Assembly (NCBI GenBank): GCA_050331735.1
Contig: JBHJGN010000007.1
Span: 32,001 to 96,000 of the forward strand
Direction of reading: 5' to 3'
Origin: Cyanophyceae cyanobacterium
GTDB taxonomy: Bacteria; Cyanobacteriota; Cyanobacteriia; Cyanobacteriales; JBHJGN01
Length of the DNA: 64,000 nucleotides
Shown here in pieces: positions 19,678 through 30,334 of this stretch. The notes under the pieces were generated by a model. The model did no database searches. It had not been told where the DNA came from and worked only from the letters and a program-made list of their open reading frames with translations. The first letter of the stretch is position 1; each line of letters starts with the position of its first letter. The position numbers and the translations under genes are program-made.

Positions 19678-22146
19678 CTACTTTCGCAATTTTTGAGGCT
19701 CCAGGGCCGCTTTCGGGTAGGAAATCCGTTTATGATGGTACTGTTGCCACACGCGAATGAACACATCGGCAATCTTGGGGAGTTCCTCGTACTTGAGCCC
19801 GCTGTCTACAAGCTGATGCTCCCGCCAGCGAGCTTTGAAGATTTTTGTAACCATTGCGAGCGCCTTTTGAGGATCGGCATCGTTGAGCGATCGCAGCGCG
19901 GCCTCTGTTCCATCAGCAAGCATCACAATGCCGGTTTCCCGCGACTGCGGAATCGGCCCATCGTAGCGAAAATGGTCTTCTGAGACCATTTTGCCCTCCT
20001 GCTCGGCTTGATGCTTGGCTTGGAAATAGAAATAGGAAATGAGCAGCGTCCCCTGATGTTCGGGAATAAAGCTTTGAATCGCTTTTGGCAGTCCGCAGCG
20101 GCGAGCCATGACTAGCCCTTCGGTGACGTGCTGTTTAATAATTTGAGCACTGATCCAGGGATCGTTAATGCTGTCGTGCTTGTTAGGTTCGCCCATCTGA
20201 TTCTCAATAAATCCCAGGGGATCGTGGAGCTTACCGATGTCGTGGTAAAGCGTTCCTGTTCTGACTAGCTCGACGTTACAGTGCAGCTCGCGGGCAGCCG
20301 CTTCAGCCAACGAAGCGACAAACATGGTGTGCTGAAATGTTCCCGGTGCCTGCAGTGCGAGTCGCTTGAGCAGCGGGCGATTGGGATTAGCTAGCTCCGC
20401 TAAGCGGATCGGCGTTACCAGATCGAATAAGCTTTCGAGGTACGGAGAAACACCAAGGGCCACAACACTCCAGGCTAATCCCGACAGTCCGTAGACGATA
20501 GCCCCTGGCAAAACTACATACCAAATGGTTCCGGCTGTGGCGCTGATAATCAGATTGATGACCAGATAAACGCCTCCCTGAACGACCCCAATCGCGCCCC
20601 CGAGTAACGCCAGTTCGTCGCGGGAGCGGAGTTTCCCTGCAATAACGGCGGCGAGCAGTCCGCTGGAAGCTCCGGCTAAGATATATTCCCAGCCGGCGGC
20701 TTCGGTACTAAAGAGGGTCAGCCCGGTCAACAGCAGCACGTGAGTCACGGCGAGGGCGGGAGAGTAAAAGCTGCTCACCAGCAAGCCGAGCGCTGGCAGA
20801 CTGGTATATTTGATGCCGAGAACGGCCAGGAGAGGCACTGTGGCACTGAGCAAGCCGAGCAGCAGGCGATCGCGGCAGCGCAGGCGCGGGTGAATGCGCT
20901 GCTCTACCAGCCGGAAAATGCCAATGGCTCCCATCACTAAAATACTGGTCAAGCCTAGGCCCATCCAGTTAATGCCACGACGACTGAGGCCAAAGCCATC
21001 GAGGAGCACAAAATCTTCTTGAGTGATCATTTCCCCTTCGTTGACGATGGTTTCTCCCTGCTTAATTGACGCAATCACGGGTTCAACGGTCAGGGCCACC
21101 TGTTCAGCACGACGTTTAGTTTCTGCGGTATCTTCGGTTAAGTTCGGTCTGATTTTACTCACCAGTAATTTGCTGGCCACGGAGCGAGCCGGATGGGGAA
21201 CGCCTGGGGCAAGCTGGAGCGTCACCGTCCTTTCGATGGTGCGAGTGGGTAAGCCAGGGGCAATTCCTTGGGCGAGAATTCTCTCCAGGGCTTGGAAAAT
21301 ACCGAACTTAGTGTTCTGCCAAGCTTCATCGCTAAGCTGAAGCAGCATGCGCTGCTCTTTGGGTTCTAACCCGTTTTTTTCGATGTTCTGAGTGGCTTGA
21401 GCGGACTGAGTTCTTGCTTCAGCGAGCTTAGCTTTCAGCTCGTTCCAGGCAGCAGGCGAGCTGCGGCGATAGGTCTGTAGCTCTTGGATAGCCTGTTGAG
21501 AGCCATCAAACCGCCGAGAGGCGTCGGTCACGGGCTGGTTGGATTCAACGGCGGCGAGGATGCTTTGCCATTGCCGTTCCCCCCTGAGGCGCAGATACTG
21601 CTGCGTTGGCAAAGAAAGCACGTCAGCATCAACAAGGGAAGAAGCCCCCGTTTTCCTAAGCTGGTCTATTTGCTTGACAACCTGCTGGACCTCTCGCTTG
21701 ATCTGAGCCGTTGTGTTGCGCTCTTGCTTCAGCACTGGCACCGTCCCCGTCCGCAGTTCTCGACGTTTTTCGGCGGTGGTTCTCGCATCTTCAAAACTGC
21801 CGTCACGAGGAGCTTCCACCCGAACGGGAGACAGCGTTCCGACAGAAAGCTGAGGTTGGTTATAGAAGCGATAGCCAATGATACTCGTGAAGGTCATTAA
21901 GGCTAAGAGCAGAATGACGAAAGGACCATGCCGAATAGCGTTGGCAGAACGAGCGCGGCCTGACTGCTCCGTGGATGTCGTTACGGCAGAGGTCGCCTGT
22001 CGCGGCTGGAAACGGACGCCTCGTCGCCATTTTCTCACTAGTTGGAGCAAAAAATTTAACGTTTTCATCGCGGGTGAGGAAGCTTGAGGAGCGTGACTAG
22101 CGGTTATCAATGAATCAGCAAGACCGGCAGTTGAGAAACTAAACAC
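19678..22146 (-). CDS. 7TM-HD (HDIG) membrane phosphohydrolase, PgpH-like
   Basis: Extracellular domain, multiple TM helices, APGTFQH, YHDIGK, HQGT, MLADGTEAA. Confidence 0.88.
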   Translation of the reverse strand: MFSFSTAGLADSLITASHAPQASSPAMKTLNFLLQLVRKWRRGVRFQPRQATSAVTTSTEQSGRARSANAIRHGPFVILLLALMTFTSIIGYRFYNQPQLSVGTLSPVRVEAPRDGSFEDARTTAEKRRELRTGTVPVLKQERNTTAQIKREVQQVVKQIDQLRKTGASSLVDADVLSLPTQQYLRLRGERQWQSILAAVESNQPVTDASRRFDGSQQAIQELQTYRRSSPAAWNELKAKLAEARTQSAQATQNIEKNGLEPKEQRMLLQLSDEAWQNTKFGIFQALERILAQGIAPGLPTRTIERTVTLQLAPGVPHPARSVASKLLVSKIRPNLTEDTAETKRRAEQVALTVEPVIASIKQGETIVNEGEMITQEDFVLLDGFGLSRRGINWMGLGLTSILVMGAIGIFRLVEQRIHPRLRCRDRLLLGLLSATVPLLAVLGIKYTSLPALGLLVSSFYSPALAVTHVLLLTGLTLFSTEAAGWEYILAGASSGLLAAVIAGKLRSRDELALLGGAIGVVQGGVYLVINLIISATAGTIWYVVLPGAIVYGLSGLAWSVVALGVSPYLESLFDLVTPIRLAELANPNRPLLKRLALQAPGTFQHTMFVASLAEAAARELHCNVELVRTGTLYHDIGKLHDPLGFIENQMGEPNKHDSINDPWISAQIIKQHVTEGLVMARRCGLPKAIQSFIPEHQGTLLISYFYFQAKHQAEQEGKMVSEDHFRYDGPIPQSRETGIVMLADGTEAALRSLNDADPQKALAMVTKIFKARWREHQLVDSGLKYEELPKIADVFIRVWQQYHHKRISYPKAALEPQKLRK

Positions 22147-22189
22147 TCTAGTTTACTCTTTTTTACTTTAAATCGCTAAATCTCTTGGG

Positions 22190-23041
22190 CTATTCTTCTT
22201 GAGACAGAATTTTGAGCGTTGCTCGTCTTTGAATAGTTTGGGCAGAGGCGATCGCCGCCGTCTCCGAAGCTTCATGAGCGGCATCAACTCCAGACCAAGC
22301 GGCAAACAGCCGTTTAGCAAGGGCTAAACTATTTTGGGTCGCTGGCCGCTGCGCCCCCAGGTATCGCCAGCGGCTCGGAATCCCCCCCAAGCTGTTATAA
22401 GTTCCAGCGAGAGACCCAGCTAAAGCCCTGGTCAGCATCAGGGAACTGCCCGACTTTGAGGCACTGCGCTGAACGCACAGACGAAAATCTTCTGGAGTCG
22501 TCAAAAAACAGTCAAGCGCTACCGTCAGCTCCGCTTCCCTGCTCCGACCAGAGGGACTTTTAACGGACTCACCACCATCGCTGGTGGCGAGCTGCTCTAA
22601 TAGAGTGTGAGCACCGACATAGCGCCCGAGCTGTAGCAGTACGCCCTTTCTCAGGACATCCGGCCCTAAACGAGGGTCCAGTTGTTCTCTCAAGATGAGG
22701 GCGAGCGTATATCCCCACGTCAGCAGATCTTCTAAGGAGGCGGATGGACGCAGCCAAACTGCTGCTGCTGCCTCCAGATTGTTTCTCAAGAGCGATAGAC
22801 TATCGTGAAAATAGAAACATACCGGGAAGGTGGCCAACGCTGCTTCACTACTGCTAGCAGTATGGGTAGCCTGCAGCAAGGGGGGCTCAGAATGTAGCCA
22901 ATCAAAGGTCAATCTTTGGGTCGCAATTAAGCTTTCTGCTGTAGCCATCCCCACCTGACTCCACAGGAACGGCTCGTTACTCAGTCCGATTTGGCTCCCC
23001 AAAAACCCTCCTTGAAAACGGCTCAAAAGAGAATAACGCAT
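22190..23041 (-). CDS. ADP-ribosylglycohydrolase-like protein (degenerate)
   Basis: SRFQGGFLG start and LAGSLAGTYNSLGGIPSRW end typical of the ARH fold. Confidence 0.65.
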   Translation of the reverse strand: MRYSLLSRFQGGFLGSQIGLSNEPFLWSQVGMATAESLIATQRLTFDWLHSEPPLLQATHTASSSEAALATFPVCFYFHDSLSLLRNNLEAAAAVWLRPSASLEDLLTWGYTLALILREQLDPRLGPDVLRKGVLLQLGRYVGAHTLLEQLATSDGGESVKSPSGRSREAELTVALDCFLTTPEDFRLCVQRSASKSGSSLMLTRALAGSLAGTYNSLGGIPSRWRYLGAQRPATQNSLALAKRLFAAWSGVDAAHEASETAAIASAQTIQRRATLKILSQEE

Positions 23042-23218
23042 GGTAATCGCCTCAATTTGGTCATCATCCTAGCTTGGCCAGAGTTAACAAATCGTGATGA
23101 CCACTACTTCTGTGAGTTGAGGATTGAGGATGCGGCCTGAGCCAATCGTTCAGGGAAGCAGGCCGCTCAACTCCGTAGGGAGGATAAACGGTGACGTTCA
23201 CAAGCAATGTCTTCCTGG

Positions 23219-23911
23219 TTAAGGTTCTTGGGACGCTAGCCACTTCTGCCACAAATCCGGGCGACGCTCGCGAGTTCTTTGCTGCTGCTGCTCCCAGCGC
23301 CAGCGCTCAATCTCCCGGTGATTGCCCGACCGCAAAACCGGGGGGACTTCCCATCCTCGAAATACGGCTGGTCTAGTATACTGAGGATAGTCTAGCAGTC
23401 CAGCTTCAAAACTTTCCTCTTTGAGCGATCGCTCCTTCCCCACGGTTCCTGGTAGCAGTCTGACGACTCCGTTAATCAGCGCCAGGGCCGGAATTTCGCC
23501 GCAGGTCAGCACAAAGTCTCCCAAAGAGACTTCGCGGGTAACGACTCTCCGCACTCGCTCATCTACCCCTTCGTAATGCCCGCAGATTAACACAAGCTGA
23601 CGGAGAGTGACCAACTGTTGGAGTAAGCCTTGATGAAGAGGTTGACCTTGAGGGGAGAGCAGGATGACCTCCTGTGGAGACAGCATTTCTAACGATTCCA
23701 CCGCAGCAAAAATTGGCTCCGGCTTCAGCAGCATCCCCACACCGCCACCGTAGGGTTCGTCATCCACTCGGTTGTGTTTATCCGGCGTAAAATCACGGGG
23801 ATTTACCAAGTTCACGGAGGCAATTCCTCTGGCTAACGCTTTACCAAGTAGACCCGAAGAAAGCGGTGAAGCAAAAAAATTGGGAAATAAGGTAATGACA
23901 TCTATATTCAC
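23219..23911 (-). CDS. trmD: tRNA (guanine37-N1)-methyltransferase
   Basis: VDDEPYGGGVGM, CGHYEGVDERV, SLGDFVLTCGE, LDYPQYTRP. Confidence 0.97.
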   Translation of the reverse strand: MNIDVITLFPNFFASPLSSGLLGKALARGIASVNLVNPRDFTPDKHNRVDDEPYGGGVGMLLKPEPIFAAVESLEMLSPQEVILLSPQGQPLHQGLLQQLVTLRQLVLICGHYEGVDERVRRVVTREVSLGDFVLTCGEIPALALINGVVRLLPGTVGKERSLKEESFEAGLLDYPQYTRPAVFRGWEVPPVLRSGNHREIERWRWEQQQQRTRERRPDLWQKWLASQEP

Positions 23912-24402
23912 AAAGATTTCCGAGGAAAAGCTAAAAATGTGTTGTAGATTATGTTTTTAATTGTGCAATAATTATGAAAATTTTGAATGCTTGTTCTGTG
24001 AAAGTCAACGGTGTCAAGTCAACCGACGGCAACTCTTTGCAGTTGCTAATGAATCTCAAAGGATCGCAGTGCTACTAATAGTTACAGAGTCTGCTTTGAG
24101 CTTGAGTTGCTGGTAACTAATCCGAGAAGCCGCTTAACGAGTATTTCTGGGATGGGTGGCGACTGCAAAGAGCTGCTTAATCAACGTTCTGGAGACTCCC
24201 GTCCAAGCTCAATGTCAGCTTGTCTGGGTCGCGATGAAATTTATTCGATGCTCAGCCCCACAACAGGGAATACAGGCGATTCCTCCGGTAAAGAGTTAAG
24301 AATGCACCGCTCTCCATTAAAATCTTAGTCTAGGTGAGGTGGCTATCCGTCGTGAGCATTTCCCCGTCAGCAGTTTGTCTCTCCCTACTTTCAAGCGATA
24401 TT

Positions 24403-25335
24403 ATGCGGCAATTAGATCCCCAATTTCAGAAACCTCAAAGTTCCGCCGGAGCACCCTCCAGCGAGGGCGTCGCTGATGTGTCGAACGCCAAATCCCTAAC
24501 CAGCACGGACATAGAGCGGTTGGAGCAAGGACAATCCGCTACCGCCATTTTCGTCATTGGCGGAGCGGAAGATAAAGTACACGGACGGGAGATTCTGCAC
24601 GCCTTTTTTACTCGTTCTGGAGCTGCTGACGCGACGATTGCCATTATTCCCTCAGCCTCTAGAGAGCCAACAATTATTGGCGATCGCTATCGGCATATTT
24701 TTGAGGGCATGGGGGCTAAATACGCTAAGGTTCTAGATATCCGCGATCGCACTCAGGGGGAGGATCGTTTTTTTCTGGAATACATTGAAGAATGTACCGG
24801 AGTCTTCATGACGGGAGGCGACCAGCTTCGCCTCTGCGGACTGATCGCCGACACTCCCCTCCTGGAGCGAGTCCGTCAGCGGGTGCAGCTCGGCGAAATT
24901 ACCCTCGCTGGCACTAGTGCCGGAGCCGCCGTCATGGGGCATCACATGATCGCTGGCGGCAGCAGTGGCGAATCTCCCAATCGGTCTCTGGTGGATATGG
25001 CCATCGGTTTAGGCATTATTCCCAACGTGATTGTCGATCAGCATTTTCACAACCGTAATCGTCTAGCCCGCTTGCTCAGCGCGATCGCCATGTACCCTCA
25101 GTATCTTGGGGTTGGCATTGACGAAGACACCTGCGCCATCTTCGAGAGAAACGGCTTGATTCGGGTTATGGGACGAGGCAACGTCACCATTATTGACGCT
25201 AGAGCCGTTTCCTATACCAACCAGCCCCAAGTGGAGGCGAGAGAGCCGCTTGCCCTTCATAATTTGCGGATTCATCTGCTATGTCACGGCGATGGCTATC
25301 AGCATCAACAATATTTGCCCCTGGCGGCAGATTAG
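24403..25335 (+). CDS. cphB: Cyanophycinase
   Basis: IGGAEDK, TGGDQLRL, GTSAG nucleophile, DQHF..RNR; upstream of cphA. Confidence 0.95.
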   Translation: MRQLDPQFQKPQSSAGAPSSEGVADVSNAKSLTSTDIERLEQGQSATAIFVIGGAEDKVHGREILHAFFTRSGAADATIAIIPSASREPTIIGDRYRHIFEGMGAKYAKVLDIRDRTQGEDRFFLEYIEECTGVFMTGGDQLRLCGLIADTPLLERVRQRVQLGEITLAGTSAGAAVMGHHMIAGGSSGESPNRSLVDMAIGLGIIPNVIVDQHFHNRNRLARLLSAIAMYPQYLGVGIDEDTCAIFERNGLIRVMGRGNVTIIDARAVSYTNQPQVEAREPLALHNLRIHLLCHGDGYQHQQYLPLAAD

Positions 25336-25501
25336 CGAGAAACGCATTAAACTGACAGTGATGTGCTTATCTTTACGAAACAGCAGGGTGATCGCCAGTT
25401 TAGCCGCCGTCTCCAAAATCTGTTCGCCTTGAACAGTTTTGTTGCCGTTTGAAGCGAGACACTAGCAAAGACCTGCTGTCCGAACACCGAGTCCGTGCGC
25501 T

Positions 25502-28114
25502 ATGAGAATTCTGAGAACCCAAACTCTTCGCGGTCCTAATTACTGGAGTATCCGTCGTCACAAGCTGATCCTTATGCGCCTCGACCTAGAGGAGCTTGCT
25601 GAGCGGCCTTCTAACGACATTCCGGGGTTTGCCGAAGGTCTTGTTAAGGTACTGCCTAGTCTAGTTGAGCACTACTGTTCTCCTGGCTATCGCGGCGGTT
25701 TTTTGGAGCGGGTGAGAGAAGGCACCATGATGGGGCATATCGTTGAGCATGTGGCCCTAGAGCTGCAAGAACTTGTGGGGATGATGGTGGGGTTTGGTCG
25801 CACGAGGGAAACAGCGACTCCTGGAGTGTATAACGTTGTTTACGAGTATGTGGAAGAACAGGCGGGGCGCTATGCGGGAAGAGCAGCCGTCAGGCTCTGT
25901 CAGTCGATCGTCGAGAGCGGCTCCTACCCCGCAGCGGAACTGAAGCAGGATCTGGCCGATCTCAAGGATCTGTCCGCGAACATGGCTTTAGGGCCCAGTA
26001 CAGAAACCATTGTCAAAGAAGCGGAAGTACGCAGCATTCCCTGGCTACAGCTAAGCGCTCGCGCCATGCTTCAGCTTGGCTACGGCGTCCGCGCCAAAAG
26101 AGTGCAGGCAACGTTGAGCGATTACTCCAGCATTTTGGGCGTTGAGCTGGCCTGCGATAAGGAAGGGACCAAAACCCTCCTCAAAGACGCCGGGATTCCC
26201 GTTCCCAGGGGCACGGTGATTCAGTATTTCGACGACCTCGAAGCCGCGATTGAAGATGTCGGCAGCTATCCAATCGTGATTAAGCCGCTAGACGGCAATC
26301 ACGGACGCGGCATTACCATCGATATTAGAAGCTGGCAGGAAGCTGAAGCCGCCTATGACCTTGCCAGCAACGCTTCTCGAACTCGCTCTGTGATTGTCGA
26401 ACGCTACTATCGCGGCAGCGACTACCGCGTGTTAGTCATCAATGGCCGGGTGATTGCGGTGGCCGAACGGGTGCCGGCTCACGTCGTTGGGGATGACCGT
26501 TCGGCGATCGCTGAACTGATCGAGGCCACCAACCGCGATCCGAACCGGGGGGAAGGACACGACAACGTGCTCACCAGAATTACCATCGACGAAACGGTGG
26601 CGGCTATTCTGGAGCGGCAGGGGTATCGGATGGATACGGTTTTGCCCCAAGGAGAAATCGCCTATCTGCGAGCCACGGCCAATTTGAGCACCGGCGGCAT
26701 TGCCGTAGACCGCACCGATGATATTCATCCGGAAAATGTTTGGCTAGCGCAGCGAGTCGCCAAAGTCGTTGGACTCGACATTGCCGGGATCGATGTTGTC
26801 ACTCCCGATATTACGCGACCCCTGCGGGAAGTAGAGGGCGTGATTGTAGAAGTGAACGCCGCCCCAGGGTTTCGGATGCACGTTGCTCCGAGTCGAGGAT
26901 TGCCGCGCAACGTCGCCGCTCCAGTGCTGGATATGCTGTTTCCTCCTGGAACTCCGAGCCGGATTCCGATTATCGCCATTACCGGCACGAATGGAAAAAC
27001 CACCACGACGCGCCTGGTGGCCCATATCTACCGGCAAACAGGCCAAACCGTCGGCTATACCACGACAGACGGAATCTATATCAACGAGTACGTGGTCGAA
27101 CGAGGAGACACCACCGGTCCCCAGAGCGCCCTGGTTATTCTGAAAGACCCGACCGTTGAAGTCGCGGTCCTAGAATCGGCCCGTGGCGGCATTTTGCGCT
27201 CAGGACTGGCCTTCGATCGCTGTGATATCGGCGTCGTGCTCAACGTCGCGGCAGATCATTTAGGCCTTGGCGATATCGAAACCATAGAACAGATGGCCCG
27301 GGTCAAGAGCGTCGTGGCCGAAGCCGTTGACGCCCAGGGCACCGCTATTCTCAATGCTGACGATCCCCTGGTGGCGGCGATGGCTGGCTCAGTCAAGAGC
27401 AAAGTCGCTTATTTTGCCATGAGTCCCGAGAATCCAGTGATTCAAGACCACCTCCGTCGCGGCGGCTTGGCAGCCGTTTACGAAAACGGCTATCTGTCGA
27501 TCCTCGAAGGACAGTGGACCCTCCGTATCGAGCAGGCCGTCAAGCTCCCCGTCACGATCGGTGGCATGGCTCCCTTTATGATTGCCAATGCTCTGGCTGG
27601 CAGTTTAGCCGCTTTCGCTCAAGGCGTAGATATCGAAGCGATCCGTCAGGGTCTTAAAACGTTTCAACCCTCCGCCAGTCAAACGCCGGGACGCATGAAT
27701 CTCTTCGAGCTAGAGAATTTCCATGCGCTAGTCGATTATGCTCATAATCCAGCCGGATACGAGGCCGTTGGTGGCTTTGTGCGTAACTGGCAGGGCGAGC
27801 GGACGGGAGTGGTCGGGGGACCAGGCGATCGCCGCGACGACGATTTGATTCTGCTCGGAACCCTAGCGGCTCAGGTTTTTGACCGCATCATTATTAAAGA
27901 AGACGACGACAAGCGCGGACGGGAACCCGGGGAAGTGGCCGATCTGATTGCCAAAGGCATTTACCGGCAAAATCCTGACTTTTCCTATCAAATCATTCTT
28001 GCGGAAACAGAAGCGATCAAAACAGCATTAGACGGAGCCAGCCAGGATAGCTTAGTCGTCATTTTCCCCGAAAACGTCAGTCGAGCGATCGCTCAAATTA
28101 AACAGCACCAGTAG
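25502..28114 (+). CDS. cphA: Cyanophycin synthetase
   Basis: LRGPNYWS, ATP-grasp domain, Mur-ligase-like ITGTNGKTTT, 870 aa. Confidence 0.98.
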   Translation: MRILRTQTLRGPNYWSIRRHKLILMRLDLEELAERPSNDIPGFAEGLVKVLPSLVEHYCSPGYRGGFLERVREGTMMGHIVEHVALELQELVGMMVGFGRTRETATPGVYNVVYEYVEEQAGRYAGRAAVRLCQSIVESGSYPAAELKQDLADLKDLSANMALGPSTETIVKEAEVRSIPWLQLSARAMLQLGYGVRAKRVQATLSDYSSILGVELACDKEGTKTLLKDAGIPVPRGTVIQYFDDLEAAIEDVGSYPIVIKPLDGNHGRGITIDIRSWQEAEAAYDLASNASRTRSVIVERYYRGSDYRVLVINGRVIAVAERVPAHVVGDDRSAIAELIEATNRDPNRGEGHDNVLTRITIDETVAAILERQGYRMDTVLPQGEIAYLRATANLSTGGIAVDRTDDIHPENVWLAQRVAKVVGLDIAGIDVVTPDITRPLREVEGVIVEVNAAPGFRMHVAPSRGLPRNVAAPVLDMLFPPGTPSRIPIIAITGTNGKTTTTRLVAHIYRQTGQTVGYTTTDGIYINEYVVERGDTTGPQSALVILKDPTVEVAVLESARGGILRSGLAFDRCDIGVVLNVAADHLGLGDIETIEQMARVKSVVAEAVDAQGTAILNADDPLVAAMAGSVKSKVAYFAMSPENPVIQDHLRRGGLAAVYENGYLSILEGQWTLRIEQAVKLPVTIGGMAPFMIANALAGSLAAFAQGVDIEAIRQGLKTFQPSASQTPGRMNLFELENFHALVDYAHNPAGYEAVGGFVRNWQGERTGVVGGPGDRRDDDLILLGTLAAQVFDRIIIKEDDDKRGREPGEVADLIAKGIYRQNPDFSYQIILAETEAIKTALDGASQDSLVVIFPENVSRAIAQIKQHQ

Positions 28115-28194
28115 CTCCTGGAATTGATGGGAAAGGGTCAGGGAAATGGCTTGGCTTTTGAGCTTAGCGACAACCTCCCTTGACAGCATATCAA

Positions 28195-29349
28195 CTAACT
28201 TCTCACCGCTACTGCTTTTGAACTACCCACTAACTTTTTACGCAAGTACTCCCTGAGAGGATTTTCGATCTTGAAGCAGGTAATACTGGCAAGCAGGAGC
28301 GAGAGCAGCATGAAACTCAATAAACCGAGCCAAAGCTGTAGTTGACTAAGACCAGACCAGAAATACTGTCCGTTGCTAACCACGCTTGCTGAACCCATAA
28401 AGATGACAATAATTCCGTGAATCATATACAAAGAATAGGAAATTTCTCCTAGAAATTGGCATGGTTTGAGATTTAAAACTTTTCTACATCTACCTTTATT
28501 CAGTGCTGCCGCTAGCAGGAGAAGAGCAAAACAAGGCAGAACCCATATATCGTTTTTTCCTGATGTGAATATGAGCGCTAAGCACAAAAAACTTAATAAA
28601 AAAGCGGAATCTTTCGCCAGCAAAAATTTCAGCCATTTTCTGTCATAGATATGATAAAGGGCTATTCCAGCCAAGAATTCTAGTAAACAACGATAAAAAC
28701 CGTATTCATGAGTTAAGGCTAAACTCTTTTGTGAAGATACCAGTATTAAAGCGTATAGCCCTGCCCATGTTGCTCTTAAGGTCCAAACAACTTTTTTAAA
28801 GCTACCTTCGTGAAGGATTAATAAAAAAACAGGGAATAGCAAGTAGGTATAAAATTCTGCGCCAATAGACCAAGAAACAAAATTCCAACCGCTGCTGTCG
28901 TGTAATCCCATAGCGTTAAGCAATAAGAGATTACTAACAAGCTTTTTAAAAGAAAAATAACCAGTGAAAAAATAATCAGGCTCAACAAAAAAAATAATGC
29001 CTTGGTAAGCTACCAAAATCAATAGAGTAAAAATATGAAGCGGGTAGATCCGAATGAAGCGGAGTTTAATAAATTTCCAGTAGCTGCGCCAGCTTATGGT
29101 TCTACTTGTTCCCTTATATAGGCTGTTTCGATAAACGTGGAAGATAACAAAGCCGCTGAGTAAAAAGAAGAAATCTACCCACAGGTATCCTTTGAGGGCT
29201 ATTCTTTCAAATAGCTGAGGCTGGAAACTGTTTTGGACTTGAGGCGTACTTACCGCTGTATGAACATAATGATGCATCACAACGAATAGAGCGGCGAACC
29301 CTCGTAGGGGTGTTAATGAAGAAATATAAAAGGTGTTTTTCGGATACAT
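28195..29349 (-). CDS. Acyltransferase-3 (OafA-like) membrane O-acyltransferase
   Basis: LRGFAALFVVMHH, VDFFFLLSGFVI, RFIRIYPL, SWSIGAEFY, GEISYSLYMIH; start moved to MYPKN because the upstream extension is repeat DNA. Confidence 0.9.
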   Translation of the reverse strand: MYPKNTFYISSLTPLRGFAALFVVMHHYVHTAVSTPQVQNSFQPQLFERIALKGYLWVDFFFLLSGFVIFHVYRNSLYKGTSRTISWRSYWKFIKLRFIRIYPLHIFTLLILVAYQGIIFFVEPDYFFTGYFSFKKLVSNLLLLNAMGLHDSSGWNFVSWSIGAEFYTYLLFPVFLLILHEGSFKKVVWTLRATWAGLYALILVSSQKSLALTHEYGFYRCLLEFLAGIALYHIYDRKWLKFLLAKDSAFLLSFLCLALIFTSGKNDIWVLPCFALLLLAAALNKGRCRKVLNLKPCQFLGEISYSLYMIHGIIVIFMGSASVVSNGQYFWSGLSQLQLWLGLLSFMLLSLLLASITCFKIENPLREYLRKKLVGSSKAVAVRS

Positions 29350-29361
29350 CAACTTCAGGTT

Positions 29362-29511
29362 ATACCATTTACCGAAAGTAGTCAGATAGTTCCCAAACGA
29401 ACCAACAATTGGAGGTTCAAGGGGAAAGAACTGCTGTGCTTCCCTTTCCCCTTTACCCCTTGCCCTTTCCCCCAACTCATCAAGTCTCCTATTACTTTTT
29501 CTAATTGGTAT
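29362..29511 (-). repeat. MITE-like dispersed repeat copy 1 (about 150 bp, ATACC...GGTAT ends)
   Basis: Reverse complement shares ATACCAATTAGAAAAAGTAAT and the GGGAACT.TCTGA...TAAA.GGTAT end with 46947-47101. Confidence 0.75.
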
Positions 29512-29752
29512 TAGTTCCCGTAACTCAAGGTAAGCAATAAGCACAGTCCAGGAACAGAGCAACAAAACTATCTTCTTTGCTGATCGCTTATGCTAGCCTG
29601 TATCTGATTCAGATCTATTTAATTGCCGCATGCCTCGTCGAAAGCGTCTGTTTTACGGGGTTTTTACTCTGTAACTCCAAATTCTTTCAGAGATTATAGC
29701 TAAAAGCCTGTCTTACGCTGTAACAAATGCTAAAAATTAAGTCATATTACTT

Positions 29753-30247
29753 TCAGACTCTTTTTCGATCGTTCATGCTTGTTTCTTGAGCCTGGGTGCT
29801 GATGTCAAGGCGAATCTGAGCCCGAACCCGCATGAGGATTTTTCCAAGTTCATTAGCGCCTGTGCCTTCCTGACCGCAGCCCCAGTAATAATCAGTGGGT
29901 GAATTTTCGACAATGATTTCCTCGCCAGTGGCGAGTAAAATCGCTTGAATATCGTGGTGGGTCAAAAACTTAGCTAGCACTCCTTGCCACATTACGGCTT
30001 TCTTAACTTGCTCCCAATCAGAGCGAACTTGTCGATGGCAGTCGCGCCCTAGCGCTGCCGCCTGCTCTGGCGTTTCTGCCTGTTGAATCAGTTTAATGAG
30101 GGCTTCATCAGGAGAGCCAACAAATTTCTGGGCCTGATAGTAATGTTCCACCGTGGCCCACCAACAGCCCACGCATTCGACAGGATGGGAAGAGAAATTA
30201 GAAAAGCAGCCATAGGGAGCGTCGATTTTATAAAAAAAAATGGTCAT
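29753..30247 (-). CDS. NADAR/YbiA family protein
   Basis: FSNFS, TVEHYYQAQKF, ENSPTDYYWGCG, NELGKILM. Confidence 0.9.
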   Translation of the reverse strand: MTIFFYKIDAPYGCFSNFSSHPVECVGCWWATVEHYYQAQKFVGSPDEALIKLIQQAETPEQAAALGRDCHRQVRSDWEQVKKAVMWQGVLAKFLTHHDIQAILLATGEEIIVENSPTDYYWGCGQEGTGANELGKILMRVRAQIRLDISTQAQETSMNDRKRV

Positions 30248-30334
30248 TTCAACCCTGTAAAACAAGCCAAGAGCCAGTATGTTGAGTCTGGCAAAAATTC
30301 AATTTCAGTAATGCTCTTCGATTTTAACGAAGTC

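Noticed and set aside
29350..29565. N-terminal extension of the acyltransferase in the ORF track
   Set aside because: It is translated MITE-like and heptamer repeat DNA
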